IMG/VR virus record: IMGVR_UViG_3300025168_000074
Location: 4,084 to 68,083 of that record
Reading direction: 5' to 3' (one strand)
Length of the DNA stretch: 64,000 nt
From: a virus
The notes under the pieces are model-generated. The model was not told the origin of the DNA and did no database searches. It was given only the letters and a program-made list of their open reading frames with translations. The translations under genes were made by a program, and so were the position numbers. This document shows positions 38,857-48,622 of this stretch, in pieces (the stretch's first letter is position 1; each line of letters starts with the position of its first letter).

Positions 38857-39445
38857 AATGAAATTTTACGAAAACTACAACCCGGTGGGGCACATTGAAG
38901 TCTGGAAACATTTTCCAGATGGCACACGCGAACTTCACTACGAAGACAAAAATGTTATTTGTAGTGGTATGGGAGCGAACCTCTCTGAGATGTTTGACGC
39001 ACCTCCAAATACTAATGTGGAGGAGTATCAATTAACTTATTTTAAGGTTGGTACTGGAGGAAGTACAGCATTACAAGTTTCTACGACAAATGATTTGGGA
39101 GCCCCCCTTAATCAAGCTGATTACGGCGATGGTTTAATCGATGTTGATGTCCATAACTTAGTAGCCAACGGAGCTGTAAATTCCGCTGCTGGAGGAACAA
39201 CAACCTTCGCAGTAGTCCCCCACGCATACATCAAGAGAATTACAAATACCAAATGTATGTGGCAGTTGGTGATAGATGAGCAATCCGCTAACGTCGCTAC
39301 TCCGCTCGATGAAGTAGGTCTCTTTTGTAAAAATCCCTACCGAACAACCCCTGAGGGTTCACTTCTTTGCGCATACAGGTATTTCACGCCTATTGCGAAA
39401 ACCGATTCCTTTATTTTAGTCATACGATGGACTATTGATTTCTAA
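38849..39445 (+). CDS. Baseplate/tail fibre attachment protein
   Basis: GHIEV...KNVI..G, FKVGTGG, EVGLF, LLCAYRYF..I.KT..F.LVIRWTI pattern. Confidence 0.65.
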   Translation: MSKMKFYENYNPVGHIEVWKHFPDGTRELHYEDKNVICSGMGANLSEMFDAPPNTNVEEYQLTYFKVGTGGSTALQVSTTNDLGAPLNQADYGDGLIDVDVHNLVANGAVNSAAGGTTTFAVVPHAYIKRITNTKCMWQLVIDEQSANVATPLDEVGLFCKNPYRTTPEGSLLCAYRYFTPIAKTDSFILVIRWTIDF

Positions 39446-42400
39446 TGGCAAGCTTCAAAACAATTACTAGCGAGGGTGGCAATGGCTACATCCCTCTAAA
39501 CTGGGCAGCAGATGTCCCTAAATACGACCCAAGTTCTTTTTATAACTGGGAGCAGGACAATATGCCTCTATGGAACTTAGAGGACCGTACCGACACATTG
39601 TATGAAGCTCTAGGCTATCCTGGAGGAAATCCACAAGGCGTAACCTTTACATTGTCCGCTGCTGGAAACGTAGACCAAAGCAAAGGCGTCTATGATAACA
39701 TAGAAGATATTATTGAACGGATTCCTAAACGATTAAAATTTCCTGTTCTGATTGAGCTTTGTACTTACGGAAACTTAGGAAAACTAGAACTAGCTAACAT
39801 TACATGTGAAGGTGATGGTATTCTAGAGGTTAGAAACCAGGCTTATTTTGAGCATGTGGACGCGTGTGCTTCTGCTACGGTAAATGTAAGTTCGAGTCCT
39901 GCTGGTAAAGCTTCTTTGATTGACCAAGTACAGTCAACTGACGCATCCTCTATTATGATGGATGTTTCCGCTACTCGAGGGGGAGTGAAATTCTTCAACC
40001 AAGCAAGCTGGAACTCTAATGCCCACATCATTACTACTGTAGGTCCTGACACTGACAGACAATTTAGCAATATTTCTGTTCATGTTGCAAGCGGTAATGC
40101 CGCCTATGACAATTTAGGAAACGGAACCAATAACGGGCGCTTTCAATTACACCCTTGGAACGCAATTATGGACCGTTCTATCTCCGCATCGACTGGAGAC
40201 GCGATGGCGTTTTGGGGCTCTTCTACAGCGTCGGCTATGCAGGAAACAGCTACATACAATGGGTTGCTTTATAAGCGAGAGGGTGCGATTACAAAAGGAC
40301 AATCTACGCTCTTTGGGTATGGAAACTGGTTTAGTGCCGTCTCTCTTAAAGACTGTCAAGGCACTATCGTTCTCCGTAATATTTTAACGGACGGTTCCAC
40401 AGGTGCCAATGATGCCGAAGGAGGTACAGGCGCTGCACACCTCGCAAATACCGGGTTTGATATAGAAAACTCAGAGGTAATACTAGATAATACAGCTGCC
40501 ATGTTTGCTGTAGAATCAGGGTATAGTGCCAAAAACTCTAGAATTAAGATTACAGGACATTGTGTTGGGTGGAGAAATTACACAAAAACTTCTATAACAG
40601 ATACCTCCCGTCTTCAAGACGGTACAGGCTTTATAGGTTTAAACTCTGATATTCAATGGGATGAAACTGCTTATACTGATAGCCGAAAATATTTAAATTA
40701 TTTTGGTAAGTCTAATCGAGGTATGGATTTACGAAACTGTACAGTCCGTGGAGGTATTGCCTGGGATACATCCCTCCCTCTTACCGCCCAAACTTCTGCA
40801 CTTCCAAACGCAGGCTCTCAGCAAAAACCTAGTCCAGGACATGCAAGTCCTCGGGGAATGAGTTTAGTTGAAGTTTCTGGCGTAGGAGGAGATACTCTTA
40901 CAACCACTATTAACGTTGCAAACTGTAATGGAGATGGTATTTATTTAGAAGGAACAGACTTTGAATTCAAGGGACGACTTAATAGTTTCTTGAATGTAGG
41001 TAATGGTCTTTATGCCAGTCGTAGCCAGGTCAGAGTTCCTCAGATTACTTCTAATAATAATTCCGAGTACGGTATCCATTTAGAAAGCTCTAATTTCACA
41101 TACGGCTTTAACTTGGATACATTATACCAACGACCTGATTTCTATGGGGACTTAGTAATGTATACAAAAAACTTTGCTGGCACATCCCTTAATACGGCGC
41201 TTCGCATCCGAAATAGAGCCAATTTCCACGTTGACAGTAATAACCAAAATATTTTAGCAAGTAAAAACTCTACGTTAACCGCCTTTTCTATGAATAATAT
41301 TCCTAAGTACTTCGGTAGATGGGGAGGGTGTGATTGGACCAATGACAGCAAATACGGAACGGCTTACGATTATGGGGCTTTTGTTCTAGCGTTGCCAGCT
41401 ACGCACTTCGGCGCCACCCCGTTCCGTATCCAAAACAAACCAGGTATTATCGCCACTAACAACTCTACCGCAGAAATAGTTAACTCTGTTTATACAGTAG
41501 ACTCCATAGATGCAGGTAAAGGTCGTGTAGGTATAGCCTCTAATGGGTCAACAATAGCTTTTCGCGGAACATCGGGATGCACAACAACTCATAACTATTA
41601 CCCTGTAAACAACGTAGCACGACAGTTTAGAAGTTGGATTAGTAACGGCGTTATGGCTACTGATAATGCAGTAGTTGAACTGACAGGACCTACTAAATCC
41701 TCTCGATTTGGCGTACCTTTTTTAGCAGAGGATAGCTCACAGCTACTAGTAAAACCACCTACTTTGGAAGGCACAGACAATATTCTAGATGTTTCAGGAT
41801 ACACCCTCCTCAACAACCTGGATAATCTTCAGTCATCCTCTAACCATACTATGTTACATGTGCACTCTACGCGGGCATGTATGGTCGCAAATAAAAATTC
41901 TGGAATTCAGTTTTATGGTTTAGGAGGCAAGCCGGTAGGTGACCCCGCTGGCGCTAACGCCGTAGACTCTGTAGACGTTCTCGCTACTGATTATGCAAGT
42001 ACGTACCTTCAAGATGCCAACAATCAATTTGTTATGTGTACATCTGGGGGACACGTTAAGTTTTACCCGAATGGATTTACGAGTGGTACAGGCGCGATGA
42101 GCGAAGTAAGTTTGAATTCAGTAGGAAGACCTTTAGACCCTTTCAAAAATTATATCCTTCCAGACGGAGAACATGATGCTGGCACCACAGGTGGTATGTG
42201 TCTACGGGCGGTAGGAGATAGTTATGTTGATGCAAACCTTGTAAATTGGCATCACTATACTCTCCCTTACCATGTTTCTGGCGCCTTTTATAATCTAAAT
42301 GGTACTGGTTGTGGAAGCGGTATTGACCTCGGAGGAAATACTGGCGACGACAACGAAACAGTACCTCCTCCAGGTTCTATCGAAGAAGTTCCTTCGAGTC

Positions 42401-43656
42401 CCGCACCAGTCCCCGTCGGTGGAGACATCGATGGAGGGTATACTGGAGAGACCGAAGGGGACTGGATAACAGGACGCTTACATGACGGTCCGACCACAAG
42501 CAAACTTGGGGGGACGGACTCTAGATGGAATGGTCTTTACAGTCCTGTAAACCCAAACACCAATAACGCTTTGTTAACCGCTGCCTTTGGCGGAACAACA
42601 AATCCAGGCTCACCGGCATGTATAGGTGATGAGCGAGAAGATGGGTTTAGGTTAGGCACTTATGGCTGGTCCGCTGGAGATGTCAAAGCCCAAAATAACA
42701 TTGACCTTATGGGGGATTTGGGTTGTATGGGTAGTCGCATCCACATCTGGAATATAGCTGATACCTCAAGGATACATGCTGCTAACTGTTTAATTAACAA
42801 TGCTGACCCTGAAACTTACTGTCTAGGAGACACACAAAGTAGCCCACCGGTAACCCTCACCGCCAACTACCACGGACCTTTTGGCAAGTGGTGGAATGGA
42901 GTGTCCCTAGATTATTATGGTCGAGGAGGTCGCCGAAGCACTTATGGCGCTCTTGGAAACTCCTACTATAACGCAGGTATTTACAGATTAATGCTTTCAA
43001 CTAGAGGAGACTTAAAGAGTTACTATGATGTAAGTACATTAAGTGGGACGATTCAAAACTCTGCAGGCGATGGTTCTTATCGAGGAAGCGCTGATTTAGG
43101 TGGTTCTTTTGTTGACCAGATAAATGGGCAAGGTTATACTCACTGGACACAAAATGTTCGCACTTTAGCCAACTCCGACCAACTCCGTAAAGTAGGAACC
43201 GACTCCGATTATATCGAAGGACTTTACCAAACATCAGGTGCCTTACGTGTGTTCGGCTGGGGTCATCCTAGCAATTTGGCTGATAGAGGTGTTGCGACTA
43301 TGCAAAGCCGACTAGGTGGGTTCAGTTCTTATAACGTAGTATCTGGTGACGCTAACGCAGGTTATGCAGGTGACCCTGATAAGAGTTGGATTTATACGAC
43401 GGCTGAACCTGAATTCCCTTTACCGCCTATCAATATGGATTGGCAAGGGTATATGAGAAATTGGTTGGACCAAACCGCCTCCAATGTTTGGCAGAACGCT
43501 AAACATATGTCCGAAGATAAAGTTAACGCGATATCCATTTACAGGTCCCACCAATCCGGCGCAGCTGGAGGAGAGGGGCGCGACGCAGGACCCACGTACA
43601 CTTACGGAGTAGGAGTTCGCTCCCTCAACTTATTCGACATGGATAGATTACTATAA
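39445..43656 (+). CDS. Tail spike/fibre with predicted parallel beta-helix
   Basis: 1403 aa; repeats such as NCNGDGIYLEGT, NVGNGLYASRS, NNSEYGIHLESS typical of right-handed beta-helices. Confidence 0.7.
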   Translation: MASFKTITSEGGNGYIPLNWAADVPKYDPSSFYNWEQDNMPLWNLEDRTDTLYEALGYPGGNPQGVTFTLSAAGNVDQSKGVYDNIEDIIERIPKRLKFPVLIELCTYGNLGKLELANITCEGDGILEVRNQAYFEHVDACASATVNVSSSPAGKASLIDQVQSTDASSIMMDVSATRGGVKFFNQASWNSNAHIITTVGPDTDRQFSNISVHVASGNAAYDNLGNGTNNGRFQLHPWNAIMDRSISASTGDAMAFWGSSTASAMQETATYNGLLYKREGAITKGQSTLFGYGNWFSAVSLKDCQGTIVLRNILTDGSTGANDAEGGTGAAHLANTGFDIENSEVILDNTAAMFAVESGYSAKNSRIKITGHCVGWRNYTKTSITDTSRLQDGTGFIGLNSDIQWDETAYTDSRKYLNYFGKSNRGMDLRNCTVRGGIAWDTSLPLTAQTSALPNAGSQQKPSPGHASPRGMSLVEVSGVGGDTLTTTINVANCNGDGIYLEGTDFEFKGRLNSFLNVGNGLYASRSQVRVPQITSNNNSEYGIHLESSNFTYGFNLDTLYQRPDFYGDLVMYTKNFAGTSLNTALRIRNRANFHVDSNNQNILASKNSTLTAFSMNNIPKYFGRWGGCDWTNDSKYGTAYDYGAFVLALPATHFGATPFRIQNKPGIIATNNSTAEIVNSVYTVDSIDAGKGRVGIASNGSTIAFRGTSGCTTTHNYYPVNNVARQFRSWISNGVMATDNAVVELTGPTKSSRFGVPFLAEDSSQLLVKPPTLEGTDNILDVSGYTLLNNLDNLQSSSNHTMLHVHSTRACMVANKNSGIQFYGLGGKPVGDPAGANAVDSVDVLATDYASTYLQDANNQFVMCTSGGHVKFYPNGFTSGTGAMSEVSLNSVGRPLDPFKNYILPDGEHDAGTTGGMCLRAVGDSYVDANLVNWHHYTLPYHVSGAFYNLNGTGCGSGIDLGGNTGDDNETVPPPGSIEEVPSSPAPVPVGGDIDGGYTGETEGDWITGRLHDGPTTSKLGGTDSRWNGLYSPVNPNTNNALLTAAFGGTTNPGSPACIGDEREDGFRLGTYGWSAGDVKAQNNIDLMGDLGCMGSRIHIWNIADTSRIHAANCLINNADPETYCLGDTQSSPPVTLTANYHGPFGKWWNGVSLDYYGRGGRRSTYGALGNSYYNAGIYRLMLSTRGDLKSYYDVSTLSGTIQNSAGDGSYRGSADLGGSFVDQINGQGYTHWTQNVRTLANSDQLRKVGTDSDYIEGLYQTSGALRVFGWGHPSNLADRGVATMQSRLGGFSSYNVVSGDANAGYAGDPDKSWIYTTAEPEFPLPPINMDWQGYMRNWLDQTASNVWQNAKHMSEDKVNAISIYRSHQSGAAGGEGRDAGPTYTYGVGVRSLNLFDMDRLL

Positions 43657-45353
43657 TGGCACGCATCTCAGAAGACATCAGATTTTATTTACCGTCAGAC
43701 CCTTATTACTACAAGGTCGACAATTTACCCCTTCAAGACTTGTTGAAGAATGACAGACGTTTGCAAACTCAAATCGATGAGTTGCAGCAAGCGGACGTAG
43801 GCGTTACTGTTAATCGAAACGGTATCCTTGAGCTAAAGCCTTTTATTAATAATGCTATTCCAGGCACGATTTCTGTTAACCCTGGAAACTTTATAGGGCG
43901 TGTACAAAGAAGTTCTAACGGTGACGGGGTTCAAGGCTCTACTTTGGAAAGTGTTTATAATGGCACCGAAGGAATAGGCAACCCTCCTACAATGCAAGAC
44001 CCAGAAGGGGGTACAGGTGATTGGAAATACAACACAGGAAATCCTCCCAACAACCAACCCGCACCCGGCGAATCACGCAGCCCTGGCTACTCAGTAGGAC
44101 GTACAGCTGTCTTCAATTTCCCTGGAGGAAATATTAGTATTGACGGTTTTAATACAGGAGACTTCCAGTCCGTTCAATTGGGTGATGTAACTGACGCTCC
44201 TGCAGGTCGTATTGACGTAGTAGGTATTACTACTGTAAACGGAGCTCAAGATGACCCATTCATTCCTGGAAATGCCGATGAATTAAATGTTGCAATTGGA
44301 AACGGGCAATGCAAACTAGCAGTAGTAAAAGGTGCTGGGTTGGTAAGTACTGCTGGAAACGGACCAAGGGACGACCAGAACCGCGAAGTAGGTATAACTA
44401 TCGGGGAAAGGTATCAGACCATTGGTCAACCTAACGACGAGATTAACACTACAGCAAAAAATCCAGACGGAACTCTTACTAACGACCCTCGCGTAGGAAC
44501 TTACCCTATGCCAGACGACGTCGTAAATATTTGTTTTTCTAGAGCCGATATCCGCAATGACCTCGAAGAGAATACTTTGAAATCCTGGGCAGAGCGAAAT
44601 CGCAATGCCTCTTTCTTCCTACCAATAGCATACGTGTTTGTTAACGACACTTACACTCTAAACAACCCAATCCCTCAAAATTGGTTATATGATATCCGCC
44701 CGTTCTTCCGGACAGCTGAACTAACTTTAAATGAGCGACAATCATTAGCGGCTTCTGTAAACCCTAGCGTTACGAATCCTGTGGTTACCGCTTCTTACCA
44801 AGAAACACGTTTCGGCGAGGAAGTTGATAGGACTAATGGATTAGCCAGCATACAACAACAAATTAATGTATTTAAAACACAGGTAGCGGATGTGTTTAAT
44901 GGTATGGAGGGCAATGCCATAACTACGATGTCGAACACTGTGATTAATGGTGGCTTCGGCATTGTTAGCAATACCAAAATCGGCGCGGCGACCTACGGTG
45001 TGCCTGCTGAAGCAACTCATGTTATATTGTGGGGAAGCGTCATTGGCGGCGGAGAACCAACTGGCTCGAGTGGTGGTAGAACCTCCCGCCCGACGCTTAC
45101 AGTACAGGGGCAAGACGGCAGTTTTCTCCTCGCTACAGCTGTTGGCAACGATGAGGATGGTGACCTGTCGCAAGACAGCGGTATGATTATCTTAAAGCTG
45201 TATCCTGGAGAACCAGCATCAATAGGGGGCTACTTCTACTACCGAGGAGCAGGCGGATACACTACTGAAACCCGCTCACTATCTCTTAGGGGGTATATAT
45301 TGCCGACCTCAATGCAAGTTTCCTTCCCAGCTCCGTCAGATACAACGCAATAA
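43656..45353 (+). CDS. Tail fibre-like structural protein
   Basis: N-terminal DNLPL motif shared with previous gene; DIRPFF motif; coiled segment then beta-rich tip. Confidence 0.65.
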   Translation: MARISEDIRFYLPSDPYYYKVDNLPLQDLLKNDRRLQTQIDELQQADVGVTVNRNGILELKPFINNAIPGTISVNPGNFIGRVQRSSNGDGVQGSTLESVYNGTEGIGNPPTMQDPEGGTGDWKYNTGNPPNNQPAPGESRSPGYSVGRTAVFNFPGGNISIDGFNTGDFQSVQLGDVTDAPAGRIDVVGITTVNGAQDDPFIPGNADELNVAIGNGQCKLAVVKGAGLVSTAGNGPRDDQNREVGITIGERYQTIGQPNDEINTTAKNPDGTLTNDPRVGTYPMPDDVVNICFSRADIRNDLEENTLKSWAERNRNASFFLPIAYVFVNDTYTLNNPIPQNWLYDIRPFFRTAELTLNERQSLAASVNPSVTNPVVTASYQETRFGEEVDRTNGLASIQQQINVFKTQVADVFNGMEGNAITTMSNTVINGGFGIVSNTKIGAATYGVPAEATHVILWGSVIGGGEPTGSSGGRTSRPTLTVQGQDGSFLLATAVGNDEDGDLSQDSGMIILKLYPGEPASIGGYFYYRGAGGYTTETRSLSLRGYILPTSMQVSFPAPSDTTQ

Positions 45354-45390
45354 TAATTTAATTAATTTTTTAAAACCTATATAATAGACT

Positions 45391-45609
45391 ATGTGGAAAA
45401 CCATCTTAAATAATATCAATACTCTCATCTTAGCAAACTGGAAAACTCTTTTCACGTTTGTACTGGGAGCTCTCGCAGGCTTATTCCTGCTTTCATGCGC
45501 TATGACCAACAAAATCGTTGACGGAACTCAAGAGGTTCTAACTGACGCGGTTGATTATGTGGTCGAAAAGACAGCGGGCGACGACGAGGAAACTCCAGAC
45601 GCTGAATGA
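45391..45609 (+). CDS. Small membrane protein/lipoprotein
   Basis: Hydrophobic stretch ending in lipobox-like LLSC; CTATATAATAG 5' of ATG. Confidence 0.65.
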   Translation: MWKTILNNINTLILANWKTLFTFVLGALAGLFLLSCAMTNKIVDGTQEVLTDAVDYVVEKTAGDDEETPDAE

Positions 45610-46070
45610 AACTTTTAATAAGCATTCTGCTGCTAACCTCTAGCTGTTCAACATTAGCCCCCATCTTTGGAGGCGCGGCTGGAGCAGCAGCAGGAAGTTT
45701 GGGTGGACCAGCAACCGCTGCTTTAGGTGGTGGCGCTGGTGTAGCCGTTGCTCAAATGGCGTACCCTAGTAACGATGCGCCCGTAAGTGATGCTGTAGCA
45801 TTAGCTGCTGCCAACTCAGGCAAGCCCGCACCAGGAACTACAGCAAGCACTATCTACGAAACAAAAAGTTTAATTTTTCAGCTCGGATGGTGGTACGCAG
45901 CAATCTTCGTACTTGTACCTTTGGTAACTAAGCGAGGTAGAAAATGGGTTAAGAAGTTTTCCGACCTAGGAAACACCGTATCTCAGAAAGATATTGATGC
46001 TCGTGATGAAGAGCAAGATGTACGTCTAGCACAGATTGAAGAAATGCTAGAGAAAAATAACGTCTCTTAA
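45606..46070 (+). CDS. Lipoprotein with glycine zipper and C-terminal hydrophobic helix (spanin-like topology)
   Basis: MKLLISILLLTSSC signal/lipobox, GGAAGAAAGSLGG zipper, LIFQLGWWYAAIFVLVPLV followed by KRGRK. Confidence 0.6.
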   Translation: MKLLISILLLTSSCSTLAPIFGGAAGAAAGSLGGPATAALGGGAGVAVAQMAYPSNDAPVSDAVALAAANSGKPAPGTTASTIYETKSLIFQLGWWYAAIFVLVPLVTKRGRKWVKKFSDLGNTVSQKDIDARDEEQDVRLAQIEEMLEKNNVS

Positions 46071-46124
46071 AGGATAACTTAACTAGATATAACAGAGGAA
46101 ACAAGATGTAACCTCTTTGTACTC

Positions 46125-46871
46125 ATGAAATACTTAATAAACGAAACAAATTCTTGCGGTATGCGCTCTTTAGATGACGCTTTTCGCAACACTCTTCTTG
46201 AATCTTTGGGTTACTCTATACCCGTCACTGACCTAGAAGCAACCGCAGCACCAGCTGAAGAAGTAGACTCTAACGAATACGTACAGCAAGATGCACCAGC
46301 TCTTTACGAGTGGGATAGCTCTGTCTTTGCTATGAGTGATGAAGTGTTTGAAATCGAAGGTGACCTGTTTGTATTAGCAGAAGAACTAGACGATGATACT
46401 ACAGCTCAACTGGACGAGTCTCACGCTGACCTTTTCATTAACGATGTTACCTTTGATAGTGCTGAGCACTCACTAGGTGATGTTTACGAGATGGACGGTA
46501 AGACTTACATCAAACTCTCTGAAGGCAAGAAGAAAGGCGATAAGTCTGCTGACAAGAAAGACGACGATGATAAAGGCGACTTCGAAACTGGTGAACGTAA
46601 AGGCGACAAGTCTAACCAAAAGTCTAAGAAAGGCGATAAAGGTGACTTCGAAACTGGTGAACGTAAAGGCGACAAGTCTAACCAAAAGTCTAAGAAAGGC
46701 GATAAAGGTGACTTCGAAACTGGCGAACGCAAAGGCGACAAGTCTAAAACTAAGCCAGGCAAGCTAGACTTCATGAAGAAGAAGCTGAAAGAGGATGACG
46801 AAGACAGAGAGCCTACTAAAGCTGAGCTGGACAAGATAGCAAAAGAAGAAGAAGCGGGCACCGCGTATTAG
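46125..46871 (+). CDS. Acidic/lysine-rich head-cluster protein with tandem repeats
   Basis: 248 aa, upstream of prohead protease, LxE sites, CTAGATA at 46083. Confidence 0.7.
   Translation: MKYLINETNSCGMRSLDDAFRNTLLESLGYSIPVTDLEATAAPAEEVDSNEYVQQDAPALYEWDSSVFAMSDEVFEIEGDLFVLAEELDDDTTAQLDESHADLFINDVTFDSAEHSLGDVYEMDGKTYIKLSEGKKKGDKSADKKDDDDKGDFETGERKGDKSNQKSKKGDKGDFETGERKGDKSNQKSKKGDKGDFETGERKGDKSKTKPGKLDFMKKKLKEDDEDREPTKAELDKIAKEEEAGTAY
46569..46746 (+). repeat. 66 bp coding tandem repeat, about 2.7 copies
   Basis: Units start 46569, 46635, 46701; encode DKGDFETGERKGDKSNQKSKKG. Confidence 0.95.
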
Positions 46872-46874
46872 TAA

Positions 46875-47372
46875 ATGACTAAATCCATGGCGCAAATGGC
46901 TGATGAGATTCTTGGTGGAGCCTTAACTGACACCACCAAGAATCCATATGACCCTAACACAGGTCACCAAGCACATATGCCAGCGATGAACCCTGAAGAT
47001 ACTTTAGTGGAAATGTCCGATGCACAGAGACATAGTTTCCTAAAAGGCATCCCAGGTATTGAAGTACAAGAACTAAAAGAGGAGGTTATCCGTGAAGCTG
47101 TAGTAGAAGCTCCGAAAACCTCTCCCGTCTCAGTAACTCCTGAAGAGGTAGATACTTTAAACGAAGCATTGCGAATCATTCAAAAAATTCAAGAAGCTAC
47201 AACAGTCGGTAACATCGGTGTTAACTTCGCTGGAAGCGAAAAAGGTTTAGACCCTAAAAAAGCAGAAGTGCCGGGCAATACCAACGTATCCAAAGCTCCT
47301 AAGAAAAGGGAGAAAAAAACAAAAACAAAACCAAAATCACACTCTGATTTTCTAGCATACTTAAAAGCATAA
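46875..47372 (+). CDS. Hypothetical prohead core-like protein
   Basis: 165 aa, TAATG-coupled to protease; contains IQEATTVGNIG, like the major capsid protein. Confidence 0.7.
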   Translation: MTKSMAQMADEILGGALTDTTKNPYDPNTGHQAHMPAMNPEDTLVEMSDAQRHSFLKGIPGIEVQELKEEVIREAVVEAPKTSPVSVTPEEVDTLNEALRIIQKIQEATTVGNIGVNFAGSEKGLDPKKAEVPGNTNVSKAPKKREKKTKTKPKSHSDFLAYLKA

Positions 47373-47977
47373 TGTTACTACGCGACTTCAACGATTTTCA
47401 ACCCCTACAAATCCTTAGCGAGGCTAAAGGAAAAAGCAAGACTATGAAAGTACGTGGTATCTTTAGCGAAGCTGAACGTAAGAATGGGAACGGTCGCATT
47501 TACCCAACGCAGTTGTTAGAGCGAGAAGTACAAAAGCTTCAACCTATGTTAGACGAGCGCCGCCTATGCGGTGAGCTTGACCACCCAAATGATGAAGTGG
47601 TTCACCTATCTAACGTCTCACACATCATCACCGATTTAAAAATGGAAGGCAAGAATTTAATCGGCGAAGCGGAATTTTTAGACACACCATCAGGACGTAT
47701 CCTCCAAGAGCTAATCAAGGCAGGAGTTCGTATTGGTATTTCTTCACGCGCTACAGGTAGCGTAGAACACGACATGAAAGAAGATGCTTACATGGTTCAA
47801 GATAATCTACGTATGATTACTTGGGACATGGTAGCTGACCCATCATGCCAAAACGCCTTCCCATCTCTCGTGGAACACAAACAGTTAATGGAGAATCAAC
47901 GCTCCCTTGATGATTACCACAACAATCTAGAATCGGAAAGGATTTACTTAACTGCCTTAAAGCAAGTTTTAAAGTAA
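47372..47977 (+). CDS. Prohead protease (T4 gp21-like)
   Basis: NGNGRIYP, GELDHP, VSHII, TPSGRIL, GISSRATGS, WDMVADPS. Confidence 0.95.
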   Translation: MLLRDFNDFQPLQILSEAKGKSKTMKVRGIFSEAERKNGNGRIYPTQLLEREVQKLQPMLDERRLCGELDHPNDEVVHLSNVSHIITDLKMEGKNLIGEAEFLDTPSGRILQELIKAGVRIGISSRATGSVEHDMKEDAYMVQDNLRMITWDMVADPSCQNAFPSLVEHKQLMENQRSLDDYHNNLESERIYLTALKQVLK

Positions 47978-48033
47978 AAAAAACACTCTTTTTTCCCTAA
48001 ACCTAGTAGATATAAACAGTAGGAAATATTTTC

Positions 48034-48618
48034 ATGAACAAAAGAATCGAACAAATCGCCGAACTACTCCCAGACGGCTTATCAGAAACCGGTCTCCAAG
48101 AAGTACTTAGTCTTGTAGAAGGTGCGGTTACTGAACGCGTCGCGGAAGAAGCTAAGCTTATGGAAGCCAAAGTAAGTGGCTTTTTACGCTCTAAAATAGA
48201 GGACCTTAAGGATGTAGCCAAACAAGAACTCGAAGCAGACGATGACGTCCTTCGTGGTTTTCGTATGTATGAGAACATCCGCGCAATGATTGCATCTGAA
48301 GTAGAATCACAAGATGTTGATTCTGCAGTATCAAAGCAACAGTCACAGATTGCGGAACTAGAAGAGAGTATTACAGCTTTAAACTTTAAGCTAACTAACT
48401 CTCTTCACGAAAACTCAATGCTTTCTAGTAAAGTATCGAGTTTGAATGAAACAAACCAATCACTTAAAGAAAACTCTAAACTTCCGTTTAAGTCTTCTGA
48501 AAGTGCTGTAGTTATAACTAACGAAACAGACTCGAGTCGTACTTCTCCTGAAGCGGCTAACAACATCTTCTTAACCGAAGACGTGCTTAACCTTAGCCAA
48601 AATAAGGTAATAAATTAA
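48034..48618 (+). CDS. Prohead scaffold protein (gp22-like)
   Basis: Coiled-coil, Glu-rich, several LxE sites, located between protease and major capsid gene. Confidence 0.75.
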   Translation: MNKRIEQIAELLPDGLSETGLQEVLSLVEGAVTERVAEEAKLMEAKVSGFLRSKIEDLKDVAKQELEADDDVLRGFRMYENIRAMIASEVESQDVDSAVSKQQSQIAELEESITALNFKLTNSLHENSMLSSKVSSLNETNQSLKENSKLPFKSSESAVVITNETDSSRTSPEAANNIFLTEDVLNLSQNKVIN

Positions 48619-48622
48619 TATT

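Noticed and set aside
46569-46746. Possible CRISPR array
   Set aside because: Units are contiguous 66 bp repeats with no unique spacers, in frame within a protein, differing at synonymous positions
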